In this document: piece after piece, positions 49,646-59,957 of the stretch
Layout: each line of letters starts with the position of its first letter
Numbering within the stretch: position 1 is the stretch's first letter
Origin: a virus
DNA length: 64,000 nt
Virus record (IMG/VR): IMGVR_UViG_3300044639_001144
Strand: one strand, 5' to 3'
Notes under the pieces: generated by a model
Seen by the model: the letters and a program-made list of their open reading frames with translations, nothing else
The model's database searches: none
Told to the model about the DNA's origin: nothing
Translations under genes and position numbers: made by a program

Positions 49646-50658
49646 AGGCTCTGGTAAATTTTTAATAACAACTTGGGATCATAGAATTCTGATTCAATAT
49701 TTGTAATTTGATCAGTAACAATTTGATCCACAGACTCAAACTTTATTTCACCTGGGGCTAAATCAGTATCAACTGAGTTAGTCTTAACAGGGATCAACGC
49801 CATTTCGCGTAAATTGTAGTCTTTAATGAATGTTTCTTTAATAAATGTAGCTTCTTCATAACTAATGCCAATGTCTAGCTCAACACGCACAAGCATGTTA
49901 GGTTGGAAGATGTTTGCGCCATTATCAATTGCTTCACTTAGTTTTAGTACACGATATAATGGTTGTCCTGGCCAAGAAAAATACTTGTCTTCCATTCCCC
50001 ATTCTTTAACCATCATGCCACGAGCACTATCTCCAGCATCAGCAAAGTTATGCGGAAAACAGTTACCTATGTAAGTAACATTTTCTTTCTTTTGTCTCAA
50101 GTGAAAGTGACCACTGTACACGCTTTCGAAGCCGTTAAAATGATCTACTTTGATTTCGCCATGATCAGGCATTTCTACCATAGCATTCATTTTAAAATGT
50201 GGTAGTTCAAAGTGACCAAACATATATTGTCCACTTAGTTTATGAATTTTTTTATGATCATCGCCTACTAGCCAAGGGGCAATAGTAACATTGCCTTCAG
50301 TAAACCAATCGTTTACGATAATAATATTAGGAATGTGTTTAGCCCATTCGGCTCCGTGAATATCACGTTTATCACGATAATATAAATCATGGTTGCCGGG
50401 AATGAAATAAAACTTATCAAATGCTTTTGATAATTTTTCCAATGCTCGTACACTAAATTGTAGTGTTTGTAAGTTGATTGAAGCACGATGATTATGCCAA
50501 TCGCCAAGAAAAAGACCGGTTTCGCAACCTTCTTCTTTAGCTTTGGCAATAAACCAATCAATAAATGCTTCACAATCACGATTATGTACTAAACTATTGG
50601 ATTTTAATCCCCAATGTATGTCAGTACATACCGCTGCCTTCTTGAATAAGTTAGTCAT
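49642..50658 (-). CDS. gp47: Recombination endonuclease nuclease subunit (Mre11/SbcD-like)
   Basis: DIHWG, LGDWH, GNHD, GHFE and SGHFH metallophosphoesterase motifs; overlaps the gp46 start. Confidence 0.95.
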   Translation of the reverse strand: MTNLFKKAAVCTDIHWGLKSNSLVHNRDCEAFIDWFIAKAKEEGCETGLFLGDWHNHRASINLQTLQFSVRALEKLSKAFDKFYFIPGNHDLYYRDKRDIHGAEWAKHIPNIIIVNDWFTEGNVTIAPWLVGDDHKKIHKLSGQYMFGHFELPHFKMNAMVEMPDHGEIKVDHFNGFESVYSGHFHLRQKKENVTYIGNCFPHNFADAGDSARGMMVKEWGMEDKYFSWPGQPLYRVLKLSEAIDNGANIFQPNMLVRVELDIGISYEEATFIKETFIKDYNLREMALIPVKTNSVDTDLAPGEIKFESVDQIVTDQITNIESEFYDPKLLLKIYQSL

Positions 50659-50664
50659 AAGTCC

Positions 50665-50693
50665 AGTATAAACTATTGCTTAATACAATACAA
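50665..50693 (-). promoter_or_regulatory. Sigma70-type promoter for gp47
   Basis: TTGTAT-N17-TATACT, ending 6 nt before the gp47 ATG. Confidence 0.5.
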
Positions 50694-50702
50694 CTAAAAC
50701 GG

Positions 50703-51626
50703 CTAATCCTGGTTGTATTCGTCAACCGGAATACTAATTACCGGGCCGTGAGCATGTGCTTCGCGCCTACCTGAGTTTTGTCTTGACCAAGAAGGAGTTA
50801 ATCCATGTTGTTCAAGCAAATCATCGCGTATATTTTGATTTTTCTTTTCAGAGTTTAGAATATGTGTAAACGAATTGGTAATGGCTGCTGTATAATAAGC
50901 AAATGGATTTTGTGATTTACTTTCATCAAATCTTAATCCAATTTGTGACAATTGAACTAACGCTGACCCGCGCATTTCTTCGTTATATGTATACCCACGC
51001 CAATTTGAACGTGTAGCATAGCGATCACACAGCTTAATGAACATTGTTGCTAGGGTATGTGTCATAGTACCGTGATCTTTACAAAACTCGCCTGTTTCTA
51101 AATCACCTTTCCAGTGGCTTTTGCCAACCAAATAAGGTTGTTTGTTTTCATCTAATCTGTAATGATAAAATGGAGGAAAAGGTAATCTAATATATTTGGT
51201 TGCAGCAGCATCAGGTTCGATGGGTAAAATTGCATCTAAAATTGCATCGTCGTCGATTAATTCAAGATCAAATATATCTTCAATTTTCTTCTTTTTAGTA
51301 GCACTCTTGGGTATTTTTTTAGGTGCCATGGGTATATGTTCCCATGAAGTTATACGAAATACTACATCAGTATTGGGTATTTTTTTAGGGTCAACAATTA
51401 CTTTAGTTTCTTTTTTAATACGATCAGCACGATTGCGTCTGGCTTCTGCTACTGTACGTTGATTAATTTTACTTAAACTAGGCAAAATCATATCATATTG
51501 ATGATCGTTTGCTGGATCTAAATATGTACAATATGTATTTTTACTTAAATGTATTTGTTTTAACAGATCTCTATTATTGAGATAAATGACTTTTTTTACT
51601 GGTGCTACTATGGGTTTTGTGGCCAC
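50703..51626 (-). CDS. gp55: Late-transcription sigma factor
   Basis: YLNN.DLL, NWRGYTYNEEM and FDESKSQNPFAYYT motifs; gp55-gp47-gp46 synteny; GTG start after AGGAG. Confidence 0.9.
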   Translation of the reverse strand: MATKPIVAPVKKVIYLNNRDLLKQIHLSKNTYCTYLDPANDHQYDMILPSLSKINQRTVAEARRNRADRIKKETKVIVDPKKIPNTDVVFRITSWEHIPMAPKKIPKSATKKKKIEDIFDLELIDDDAILDAILPIEPDAAATKYIRLPFPPFYHYRLDENKQPYLVGKSHWKGDLETGEFCKDHGTMTHTLATMFIKLCDRYATRSNWRGYTYNEEMRGSALVQLSQIGLRFDESKSQNPFAYYTAAITNSFTHILNSEKKNQNIRDDLLEQHGLTPSWSRQNSGRREAHAHGPVISIPVDEYNQD

Positions 51627-51651
51627 TAGTTATGTCTCCTAACTAATATTT

Positions 51652-51679
51652 AGTATAACAGAAATCAATTAATTGTCAA
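51652..51679 (-). promoter_or_regulatory. Sigma70-type promoter for gp55
   Basis: TTGACA (51679-51674), 16-nt spacer ending in TGn, TATACT (51657-51652). Confidence 0.65.
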
Positions 51680-51740
51680 CCTATTTGACATAATATGGAT
51701 ACATTAATATACACATAAATATTAATATAGGAAAAATACA

Positions 51741-53024
51741 ATGGCAACAGCCTCGATACTACTAATAGGTGGACAACCGTGGACTCCCGGGTCACAGTTG
51801 ACGTCTATTCAAATGACAGCAGTTTCTGTTGCGTTAGCGATGGGCAATACAGTTAATCCTGCGGTATTAGCACAGTTTTATGCACAAGGAGGGCAGGCAC
51901 AACAACCCAATCCGTCGCCTACATCAGTAAATCCGGCAGTAGATCCAGCATCAACTAGAACTAATGCCAATACAAACAATGGTGGTCTTAGATCACGTGC
52001 AACTACATTGCCTCCTACAGTAAACCCAAAGGTAGATCCTGAAGCTGCTTCGGCATCAAATCGAGAATTTGTTAATAATGAGGGCGGCGCAGCTACTGGA
52101 ATTCGTCCTAAACAAGTTACTAGAGAAACAATAGACGCTAAGAAACATTTTGAAGAAGTACAACCAGAAAGTCCTTTAGCGGGTGAAATTCAATCAGGCA
52201 TTGAAAATGCACAAAATCAACCGGCACAAACGGTAATATTAGGTAATGAAGCTAGTAATGGTGATTGGAGAGTTAGATTAAGTTTAGGACAAAATGCCAA
52301 TTACCTTTATAATGATCCTCAGCCAGGAATATTGCAACCATTATTAGCTACTAACGGAGTTATATTTCCTTATACTCCAAAAATTGACACATCCTATAAA
52401 ACAAATTATTCACCCTACGATGTAACACATTCTAATTTTCGCGGTTATTATTATCAAAATAGTCAAGTGGGTGATATTAGTATTACAGCTCATTTTACAG
52501 CACAGAATACATTTGAAGCAAATTATTTGTTGGCAGTTATACATTTTTTCCGTTCTGCTGGCAAAATGTTTTATGGGCAAGATGCACAACGCGGTACCCC
52601 TCCGCCATTGTTATTTTTAACAGGGTTAGGGCAATATCAATTCAATAAACATCCAGTGTTGCTTAGTAGTTTTACATATGGCTTGCCTGAAGATGTAGAT
52701 TATATTCGTGCTCATGTTACTAATCAAATAGGAACTAATTTAACTCAACAAAATAACGTAAAAAAAAGCGTAGCAACATCATCAAATGCAGCAGCCGGTG
52801 ATAGATTAAGCAATGCTGGACTAGATAAAGGTGCATTACCAAATACTCCCTTTGGATCTGCTCCATCTACTCCTGAGTTGGCATCAGGGGCACCTACGTA
52901 TGTACCAACTAAAATGGATATTACTATTACCTTATTGCCAGTCAATACTCGTCAACAAATCAGTAATCAATTTAGTCTTAAACAATTTGCCAATGGCAAT
53001 TTACTCAGAGGAGGATTTTGGTAA
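51741..53024 (+). CDS. Baseplate/tail-tube initiator-type protein (gp48/gp54-like)
   Basis: DWRVRLSL...GVIFPYTP...PPPLLFL.G.G...PV...F...LP.DVDY core; directly upstream of the gp53-like gene. Confidence 0.5.
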   Translation: MATASILLIGGQPWTPGSQLTSIQMTAVSVALAMGNTVNPAVLAQFYAQGGQAQQPNPSPTSVNPAVDPASTRTNANTNNGGLRSRATTLPPTVNPKVDPEAASASNREFVNNEGGAATGIRPKQVTRETIDAKKHFEEVQPESPLAGEIQSGIENAQNQPAQTVILGNEASNGDWRVRLSLGQNANYLYNDPQPGILQPLLATNGVIFPYTPKIDTSYKTNYSPYDVTHSNFRGYYYQNSQVGDISITAHFTAQNTFEANYLLAVIHFFRSAGKMFYGQDAQRGTPPPLLFLTGLGQYQFNKHPVLLSSFTYGLPEDVDYIRAHVTNQIGTNLTQQNNVKKSVATSSNAAAGDRLSNAGLDKGALPNTPFGSAPSTPELASGAPTYVPTKMDITITLLPVNTRQQISNQFSLKQFANGNLLRGGFW

Positions 53025-53326
53025 TGGCATCATCATACAATCAATCTAGTCCCTACTATGCAACAGGATATAGTCAATATTTCCTAGATGTAATGATTAA
53101 TAGACCTATTCCGAAATTAAATGATGATCAATATTTTGCAATAAATTTAACATATCAGTATCGTCCAGATTTATTAGCATACGATTTATATGATAATAGC
53201 AATTTATGGTGGGTGTTTTATCAACGTAATCCAAATACATTGTCTAAACCTCCATTAGATTTTATATCAGGGACACAAATTTATCTCCCAAAAATTACTA
53301 CTCTTCAATCAGTATTAGGATTATAA
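53024..53326 (+). CDS. gp53: Baseplate wedge protein, LysM-like
   Basis: YRPDLLAYDLY....LWWVF...N motif; ATG overlaps the upstream TAA. Confidence 0.75.
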   Translation: MASSYNQSSPYYATGYSQYFLDVMINRPIPKLNDDQYFAINLTYQYRPDLLAYDLYDNSNLWWVFYQRNPNTLSKPPLDFISGTQIYLPKITTLQSVLGL

Positions 53327-53327
53327 A

Positions 53328-54674
53328 ATGTCAGCAACAAATGGTGGATTAAGATCTCGAAGAATAATTGTATCTTCTGTAGATACAGGGACATCTGCAC
53401 CTAAACGTACCACAGAACAAACTCAAAGTACATCTACACAAACTCCAGCAGGGCCTAAGCCTTATGTACATCCAGTGGGATTTACTACTAATGTTGAAAA
53501 TGGCGCAGCATTTGGTGTGCCCAGCGCCACAGCTCGTGCTTTAAGACAAAATGAAAATCGTCTTGCTGTATCAGCAGATTCGGCAATTACTACTATTGTA
53601 CCAACACCAGCCACTCCAACCACACCCACTACTCCTACATCTGCTAATATTCCCATTATTTCACCACCTCCTACGGCGCCTACTAATGTCGAATCAACTT
53701 CGATAGCAACAACAAAAGATGATAATCCTAATAACCCACCAAATTCAATACAGCAAGAGATATTAATTAACACAGGTACTCAGCCAGGGTTACCTATTCA
53801 GCCTCGACCTAACGTGCTAGATCAATTTGCTAGCTATACCTACAATCTTGCTTGGTACGGCCTTACTCCTGAACAATATAGCGCAGTAGTTTCTACATCA
53901 AGAATTAATGTAAATTCCTGGTCTTTATTAGTACAAAGTGGAGGTGCAGCACAACAGCAGCAAGGAGTGTCAAATCAGGGTGTTAATTTTGGGCAAGATA
54001 CTCCAATCAATGGGCCGTTGACCAAAATAGTTACTCCTAACCGCAACAAATATTTTACTCTTGATTATTTTTTAGATGATTTGACTATAGAAACTTCGGT
54101 AACTGGAGTATCTGCTAGTCAATTTACCAAAATATCATTTAAAGTATCTGAGCCTAACGGTATAACATTAATTCCCAATCTTAATTATGCCGGCAGGGAG
54201 TTTAACTCTAGTCCTCTCAATGCTGACTATTGTATGGTTGTGAAATTTTATGGCTGGGATATTAATGGAAATTTAATAACTGATCCAACAAGAACTACAG
54301 GTACTCCAGGGGCAACTCCAAGTATTTCAAATGCAATTCTTACAAGGTATTACCCATTTACAATAATTGATGTAACATTTAAAATAGACGGAAAAAATAT
54401 CATATATGAAGTGACGGGTCAGCCAAAAAATTATGCTAAAGCAGCATCAACTAGTCTTGGTAGTATACCGGCTAATTTTGAACTTAGTGGAGAAACGGTA
54501 AGTCAAGTATTGTCTGCAAGTCAGAATAGTGTCACATCTGCTCTTAACTCTTTAATTTCAGCTGCATCAGGCGGCAGAGAAAATACAAATTCTTCATCGC
54601 CTCCAACTAGCCAAACGGGAGAATCTACGAAAGCAGATTCTATGTCGTTTGATATTTCTAATAATATAATGTAA
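53328..54674 (+). CDS. Baseplate hub-region protein (N-terminal-type domain)
   Basis: Located between gp53 and gp5. PNVLDQFASYTY, F.V.EP.G and FYGWD.NG core after a Pro/Thr-rich linker. Confidence 0.45.
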   Translation: MSATNGGLRSRRIIVSSVDTGTSAPKRTTEQTQSTSTQTPAGPKPYVHPVGFTTNVENGAAFGVPSATARALRQNENRLAVSADSAITTIVPTPATPTTPTTPTSANIPIISPPPTAPTNVESTSIATTKDDNPNNPPNSIQQEILINTGTQPGLPIQPRPNVLDQFASYTYNLAWYGLTPEQYSAVVSTSRINVNSWSLLVQSGGAAQQQQGVSNQGVNFGQDTPINGPLTKIVTPNRNKYFTLDYFLDDLTIETSVTGVSASQFTKISFKVSEPNGITLIPNLNYAGREFNSSPLNADYCMVVKFYGWDINGNLITDPTRTTGTPGATPSISNAILTRYYPFTIIDVTFKIDGKNIIYEVTGQPKNYAKAASTSLGSIPANFELSGETVSQVLSASQNSVTSALNSLISAASGGRENTNSSSPPTSQTGESTKADSMSFDISNNIM

Positions 54675-54684
54675 GGGAGTTAAC

Positions 54685-56514
54685 ATGGCAACTAATGGTA
54701 ATGCAACCTCTACTAGTGCTCCTCCCAAAGCTGATGCTGCTCCGGGAGGCACTACTAAGTTTGCCTACAATAGTTTATGCGATGCAATGAATTCGCAAGA
54801 ACAACAATATGTTAAAGATGGAAAATTTGAAATTGCCAATGTTTACGATATAGTATTTGCGCCAGCTTCTTTGGCTTCGGCAAAAGTTACAACTAAAGGC
54901 CCAACAGATAAAACTCAAACTCCAATGCAACAAGAGAATACTGCGGTGGCAGCAATTTCTTCTGATAAGAATAGTGTTAATACACAAGCTAAAAATTTAT
55001 CAGCGTCACAAGGTACTCAAATTATACAATTTATTGAAAGAACTATTCGTAATAGTTCTTATATTACCGATCAACAATTAGCCAGCCCTGACCCATTAAA
55101 CCCAATTGCGGCGTTGATACCAAATACTACTACAAAAGGTACTGGTCCTACCACTTGGTTTAAAATTTTAGTTACTGCAACACCAATAGGAAATAGAGTA
55201 GATACAAAAAGAAATGATTATGCTTATAATATAAAATATTTTGTAACTACATATGCCATCAATGATATGCAAAGTGATTATTTTCCAGAAGCACGATTTA
55301 GAGGCGCACACAAAGTTTATAATTATTGGTTTACCGGGTTGAATACACAAGTATTGCATTTTGAGCAACATTTCAATACTGTATATCGTGTTGTGGCTGG
55401 TGCTGGAAGTATAGCAGAAGGAATAAAAGCATTACAATCTCCATCTAACGCACAAACTGATAAAGTCGGAGATGTTTATACACTTGGTCCTCCAATTAAA
55501 ACTCCTAACCCTCCAAATCAAACAGTACAATCAGCAACAAACGATGCTAATACTCCGGCAGCAACTGCGGCCGATTTTTTGTATAGTGCAAATGATCAGA
55601 ATCAAAGTACTATTAAAATTGTTGGCGATCCTGCGTGGCTTTTTCAAGGAGAACTTGTCGGAGTAACTGAAGAATCTTTAACTAATGCGACAGGATGGTG
55701 GCCTGATGGCACCATATGTTCAGAAAAACAAGATGCAGTTTTTGTTATAAATTTCAATACTCCTGCAGATTATAACAATGGAGAAAATGGGCCATATAGC
55801 GGCACTGGATTGATGGATATCAACATAGGCGGTACAAAAGGTGATTCTAATAAATTATCAAAAACAGCTACTGAAGCAAGTGCAGCATATAAAGCAACTG
55901 CTGTAGTTTCTACTTTTAGCAGAGGTAAATTTGAACAATCGTTGACTGGGACTCGAATTAAAAATCTGGCAAAAACAGATCTCAATCAATATAGACCTCC
56001 GGTTGTAACTAAAAAGGTAACTCCGACCTCATCTGCAACTCCTACTACACCTACAACTCCACGGAAACCATTAGCATTTGAAGAAGGTCCTAATGGTGCA
56101 GCATTTGGAAATCCATTAGCTTCTCGTCGTGGTCAAAAATATGGGGCAACACAAGTGACTCCTGCCGAAAAAAATTCTGCAACTTCAGTAATAAATCCTT
56201 CAGTGGCGCCAGCTAAAGCTGCTGGTGCTCCTACGTCAGATGGTGTTCCAGTAGGGTCGGCAAAACCAGCAGCAACATCTCCAGCACCTATCAGCAAAGC
56301 TGCCGGACAACGAATATCTCAGGCACAAAATGCTTATCAAAATGCAACGGAAGATCTTAGACAAGCACGTAAATATTATCCTAATCAAGTAGCTGAGGCA
56401 CAGCAAGCAGTAAATACTGCTAGAAACGCATGGAAATCAGCAGTCGATGCAAGTCAAACGCCTGACATACAAACGGGTACAAGCACACAAACAACAGCGC
56501 CAAAGGATCAATAA
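54685..56514 (+). CDS. Baseplate hub-region protein (gp27-like C-terminal-type domain)
   Basis: K.YNYWFTG.NT.V..F, IKIVGDP.WL and F..GKFEQ.L motifs; coupled to gp5 by a TAATG overlap. Confidence 0.45.
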   Translation: MATNGNATSTSAPPKADAAPGGTTKFAYNSLCDAMNSQEQQYVKDGKFEIANVYDIVFAPASLASAKVTTKGPTDKTQTPMQQENTAVAAISSDKNSVNTQAKNLSASQGTQIIQFIERTIRNSSYITDQQLASPDPLNPIAALIPNTTTKGTGPTTWFKILVTATPIGNRVDTKRNDYAYNIKYFVTTYAINDMQSDYFPEARFRGAHKVYNYWFTGLNTQVLHFEQHFNTVYRVVAGAGSIAEGIKALQSPSNAQTDKVGDVYTLGPPIKTPNPPNQTVQSATNDANTPAATAADFLYSANDQNQSTIKIVGDPAWLFQGELVGVTEESLTNATGWWPDGTICSEKQDAVFVINFNTPADYNNGENGPYSGTGLMDINIGGTKGDSNKLSKTATEASAAYKATAVVSTFSRGKFEQSLTGTRIKNLAKTDLNQYRPPVVTKKVTPTSSATPTTPTTPRKPLAFEEGPNGAAFGNPLASRRGQKYGATQVTPAEKNSATSVINPSVAPAKAAGAPTSDGVPVGSAKPAATSPAPISKAAGQRISQAQNAYQNATEDLRQARKYYPNQVAEAQQAVNTARNAWKSAVDASQTPDIQTGTSTQTTAPKDQ

Positions 56515-58028
56515 TGGCAAATAATATAGCAAGAATTACTGGCAGGTCGCAGTCATTTAAATTTGATAAAGGTAATACTCCTGCAGATGTAGGCACATTC
56601 ATTGGTGAGGTAATGAATAATGTTGATCCAACACGCGGCGGGCGCCTTCAAGTTTACATTACACAATTTGCCGGTAACGATAAAGAAAATGACAAATTAT
56701 GGCGTACAGTACGTCCATTACAAACTCAAGGAGGATCTACGCCGCAAACAAGTTCGTCAACAGGGCCTGGATCATATGGATCAAATAGTAATCAACAAAG
56801 TTATGGAGCAGCCGCAGGTTCTCCAGATCTCGGAACAAAATTATTATGTACTTTTGTTGCAGGAGATCCTGACGGAGGATATTATCTGGGAATAGTTCCT
56901 GCACAAGGTGCTAATCATATGGTACCAGCACTAGGTGCAGCAAAGAATGCTGTTAAACAAAATGCAGATCAAGAGACATATTTAGAAAAAAGTCCTCAAT
57001 TACCAACCACTGAAATTAATACCTCTTCGAGCAATACTGCCATTACAGAGGATCCGCAATTTTTTAATAAAGAAAAACCGGTACACAGTTATGTAGCAGC
57101 TACTATGTTTCAGCAGGGTACTGTTAGTGATCCTATACGTGGCCCAATAGATTCGTCTAGTCAGCGTGAAAGTCCAAGTAATGTTACTGGAACTAGCACA
57201 CCTGGTAGACCAATTTATCAAGGTGGATTAAAAGATCCAACTATTACGCAAAAAGTAGCTTCTGGTGAAGTAACTGAAGAAGATGCTACTATTGTTGGAA
57301 GAACTGGCGGGCATAGTGTAGTAATGGATGACGGTGCAACTGATGGCAAAACGGCAATTGTTCGTATTCGTACAGCCAAAGGTCATCAAGTTACAATGAG
57401 TGATGATGGTAACAATCTTTATATTGCTCATGCTAACGGTCAAGTATGGTTAGAGTTTGGTCAAGAAGGAACATTAGATGTGTACACTACAAATTCTATT
57501 AATTTACGCACAGAAGGCACTATAAATTTACATGCTGATAAAGATTTCAATGTGTGGGCCGGTGGAAATATCAATATGATGAGTAATGTATCCACAACAA
57601 TGCAAAGTGAGGGCAAATTTACTTGTGCCACCACCGAAGAATTGTTATTGTTTAGTCAATCTACGATAGGAGTTAAAAGTAACGGACAATTAACTCTTGA
57701 TAGTAAATTAGGAGCATGGGCATCGGGTGGTAGTTTAGCATTGCAAGCAGGATTGATAGATTTGAATTCAGGTTCGGCAGCAAGTGTATCTGTGCCCACA
57801 GGGTTAATAAAATATACAATGCCAGCAAGTAGTTTTAATACCTCATCGGGATTTAAAGTTGAATCAGCAGGTACTGAAAGTATTGTTACTAGAGCACCGG
57901 CTCATGAACCATGGCCTTATCATAATCAAGGTGTTCAAGTTAGCGTTGATTTAGGTGATGGAACTAACTCAAGTCCGCCTAGTGCTCCGACTATTCCATC
58001 AGGTACTTCTATAACTAAGACAAATTAA
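56514..58028 (+). CDS. gp5: Baseplate central spike (gp5/VgrG-like, OB-fold plus beta-helix, no lysozyme domain)
   Basis: DPTRGGRLQVYI...P.LGTKLLC.F..GD OB-fold, RIRTAKGHQVTMSD, spike beta-helix repeats, RAPAHEPWPYH tip motif. Confidence 0.75.
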   Translation: MANNIARITGRSQSFKFDKGNTPADVGTFIGEVMNNVDPTRGGRLQVYITQFAGNDKENDKLWRTVRPLQTQGGSTPQTSSSTGPGSYGSNSNQQSYGAAAGSPDLGTKLLCTFVAGDPDGGYYLGIVPAQGANHMVPALGAAKNAVKQNADQETYLEKSPQLPTTEINTSSSNTAITEDPQFFNKEKPVHSYVAATMFQQGTVSDPIRGPIDSSSQRESPSNVTGTSTPGRPIYQGGLKDPTITQKVASGEVTEEDATIVGRTGGHSVVMDDGATDGKTAIVRIRTAKGHQVTMSDDGNNLYIAHANGQVWLEFGQEGTLDVYTTNSINLRTEGTINLHADKDFNVWAGGNINMMSNVSTTMQSEGKFTCATTEELLLFSQSTIGVKSNGQLTLDSKLGAWASGGSLALQAGLIDLNSGSAASVSVPTGLIKYTMPASSFNTSSGFKVESAGTESIVTRAPAHEPWPYHNQGVQVSVDLGDGTNSSPPSAPTIPSGTSITKTN

Positions 58029-58029
58029 T

Positions 58030-59568
58030 ATGGCAATTTATAATTATACATTACCTTCTGGGGCAAAATATCAATTAAATGCACCTAATGGCACGACACA
58101 AGTAGAAGCAGATAATATTTTTTATTCACAAGTGGCCGCAGGAACATTTGTTGGATATACTAAGGGCGACACATTATTAAATCCGGTAGAAGTATTAACT
58201 AATTTTGGGTTATCACGTTTACAAAGGGGTACAGCAGGAGTTGATGATAAAACGTTAATGGCTGTTGTTGCGAATTTGCCTATAGTTGTTGAATTGCCCA
58301 TATTAACATCTGTTCCTGTAAGTAATCCAATTAGTCAAGCTAGTTATATCAAAGTAACTAGTACTCCAGTAGGTAGAACTACTATAACTTTGCAAGCTGG
58401 ACAGTTAACTTCGCAGGAAACTCAATCGCTAATGGCACAGCTATCAGCAATAGCAAACAATGATGTTAACACATTTACGCAAGCTGATGGAATTGGAATT
58501 TATGGATTTAATTGTAATCAACTGGAACAAGCAGGATTAATTAAACCAGGTATGAGTGAATTGTATTGCCCACTTGATGAAACTACGGGTGATAATCCTG
58601 CTAATTTTGTTGATTTTATGAGTTCACCGACCCCTTGGACAGGATTATTTGGTGTTACTAGTGTGTTTGATATATTAGGCGATGCTGCAATACAAAATCA
58701 AATAGAAGAAATATTATTAGATCGTAGCTACAATCAACTTGTAGCTAGTGGTGTGATTATTCCGCCGAAGCAAAGGGTAACAACTCCAAGTGTAAGCACT
58801 GGAAGAGTGTATACAGCCGGTGGTACACTAGCATCAGCATCATCATTGACATTACTTACATCAACTCCATCATTAACTAATGGAGCTCTTGATGCTAGTT
58901 TAACTCCCGTTGGCATTGTGCCACAGGAAATAAAAAATCTCGGAGAAGAGTCCAGTGCAATTTATAGTTATGGATTATCATCATTGGCTACTGGGGCAGT
59001 CGGATTTAATACTGGGCCAGGTCAATTGTCAGGATTATCCACAGGATTAGCAGCCGGCACCGCAGCAGGAGTATCTGCATTAATAGGATCAAGGATTAGC
59101 GGAGATGTAGGTGCATTAATGGCAATAGGAAGTAAGTATGGTGTTGCACTTGCTAGTAGCTGGGCATCAGGGTCAGCATCTGGAGTTATATCATCTGCAG
59201 CCGGCATTGGAGCATTAGTAGGAAGTTTGGTTCCAATACCTCCGGGATTAGCAAAAATCAGTGCTAAAATTAATACAGCAGTTAATACTATTGCAAAAGC
59301 AGCACAATTTGCTTCTAGTTTTAGTAATTTTTCACTAAGCGGGTTAATATCAGGTATACAACCAGCAGCTGGGTTTAATAATACAGTAAATCGCTCTACG
59401 CTTGATGCAGCAGTATCTCGAGTGATAGGATCTCCTCTTATTAATCCTCCTATGTATGAAATACCATCTATTAAAAGTTTGGGTATTTTGGCAGATATTG
59501 GATCTGCTAAAAAAATATTAAATCTAGTACAATCAAACATAGGCAGTAGAATAGTTAACATTAGATAG
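58030..59568 (+). CDS. Baseplate-associated protein, possible lysozyme-like domain
   Basis: Lies between gp5 and gp25. The GIYGF...QLE..GLIKPG...WTG..GV.S...L....Q segment resembles lysozyme-fold proteins. Confidence 0.4.
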   Translation: MAIYNYTLPSGAKYQLNAPNGTTQVEADNIFYSQVAAGTFVGYTKGDTLLNPVEVLTNFGLSRLQRGTAGVDDKTLMAVVANLPIVVELPILTSVPVSNPISQASYIKVTSTPVGRTTITLQAGQLTSQETQSLMAQLSAIANNDVNTFTQADGIGIYGFNCNQLEQAGLIKPGMSELYCPLDETTGDNPANFVDFMSSPTPWTGLFGVTSVFDILGDAAIQNQIEEILLDRSYNQLVASGVIIPPKQRVTTPSVSTGRVYTAGGTLASASSLTLLTSTPSLTNGALDASLTPVGIVPQEIKNLGEESSAIYSYGLSSLATGAVGFNTGPGQLSGLSTGLAAGTAAGVSALIGSRISGDVGALMAIGSKYGVALASSWASGSASGVISSAAGIGALVGSLVPIPPGLAKISAKINTAVNTIAKAAQFASSFSNFSLSGLISGIQPAAGFNNTVNRSTLDAAVSRVIGSPLINPPMYEIPSIKSLGILADIGSAKKILNLVQSNIGSRIVNIR

Positions 59569-59582
59569 GGTAAATACATATT

Positions 59583-59957
59583 ATGGCAACCTTTATTGGA
59601 TTTTCTACAGTTAGACAAAACAAAAATTTTGTATTAGTTGACTACGAGTTAATCAAACAGGATTTACTTAACGCTTTTAATATTAGACAAGGCGAAGTAG
59701 TGGGTCGACCAGGATATGGCACATTGTTATGGACTTATTTGTTTGAAAACCAAACTCCTGAGTTGCAAACTGCCATTTATAATGAAGTACAGCGTGTAAT
59801 TGCCGGAGATCCTAGATTATATCTTAATAATGTTACTATGTATCCACAAAACAACGGTATATTATTACAGCTTAATTTACAAACGGTGGCAACAACATCG
59901 GCTCAAATATTATCTATTTTCTTTAATGAAAGCCAACGGTCTGCTAGTTACGTTTAA
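59583..59957 (+). CDS. gp25: Baseplate wedge / sheath initiator
   Basis: LIKQDLLNAFNIRQGE...P.YGT.LW.YLFE...DPR motif. Confidence 0.9.
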   Translation: MATFIGFSTVRQNKNFVLVDYELIKQDLLNAFNIRQGEVVGRPGYGTLLWTYLFENQTPELQTAIYNEVQRVIAGDPRLYLNNVTMYPQNNGILLQLNLQTVATTSAQILSIFFNESQRSASYV

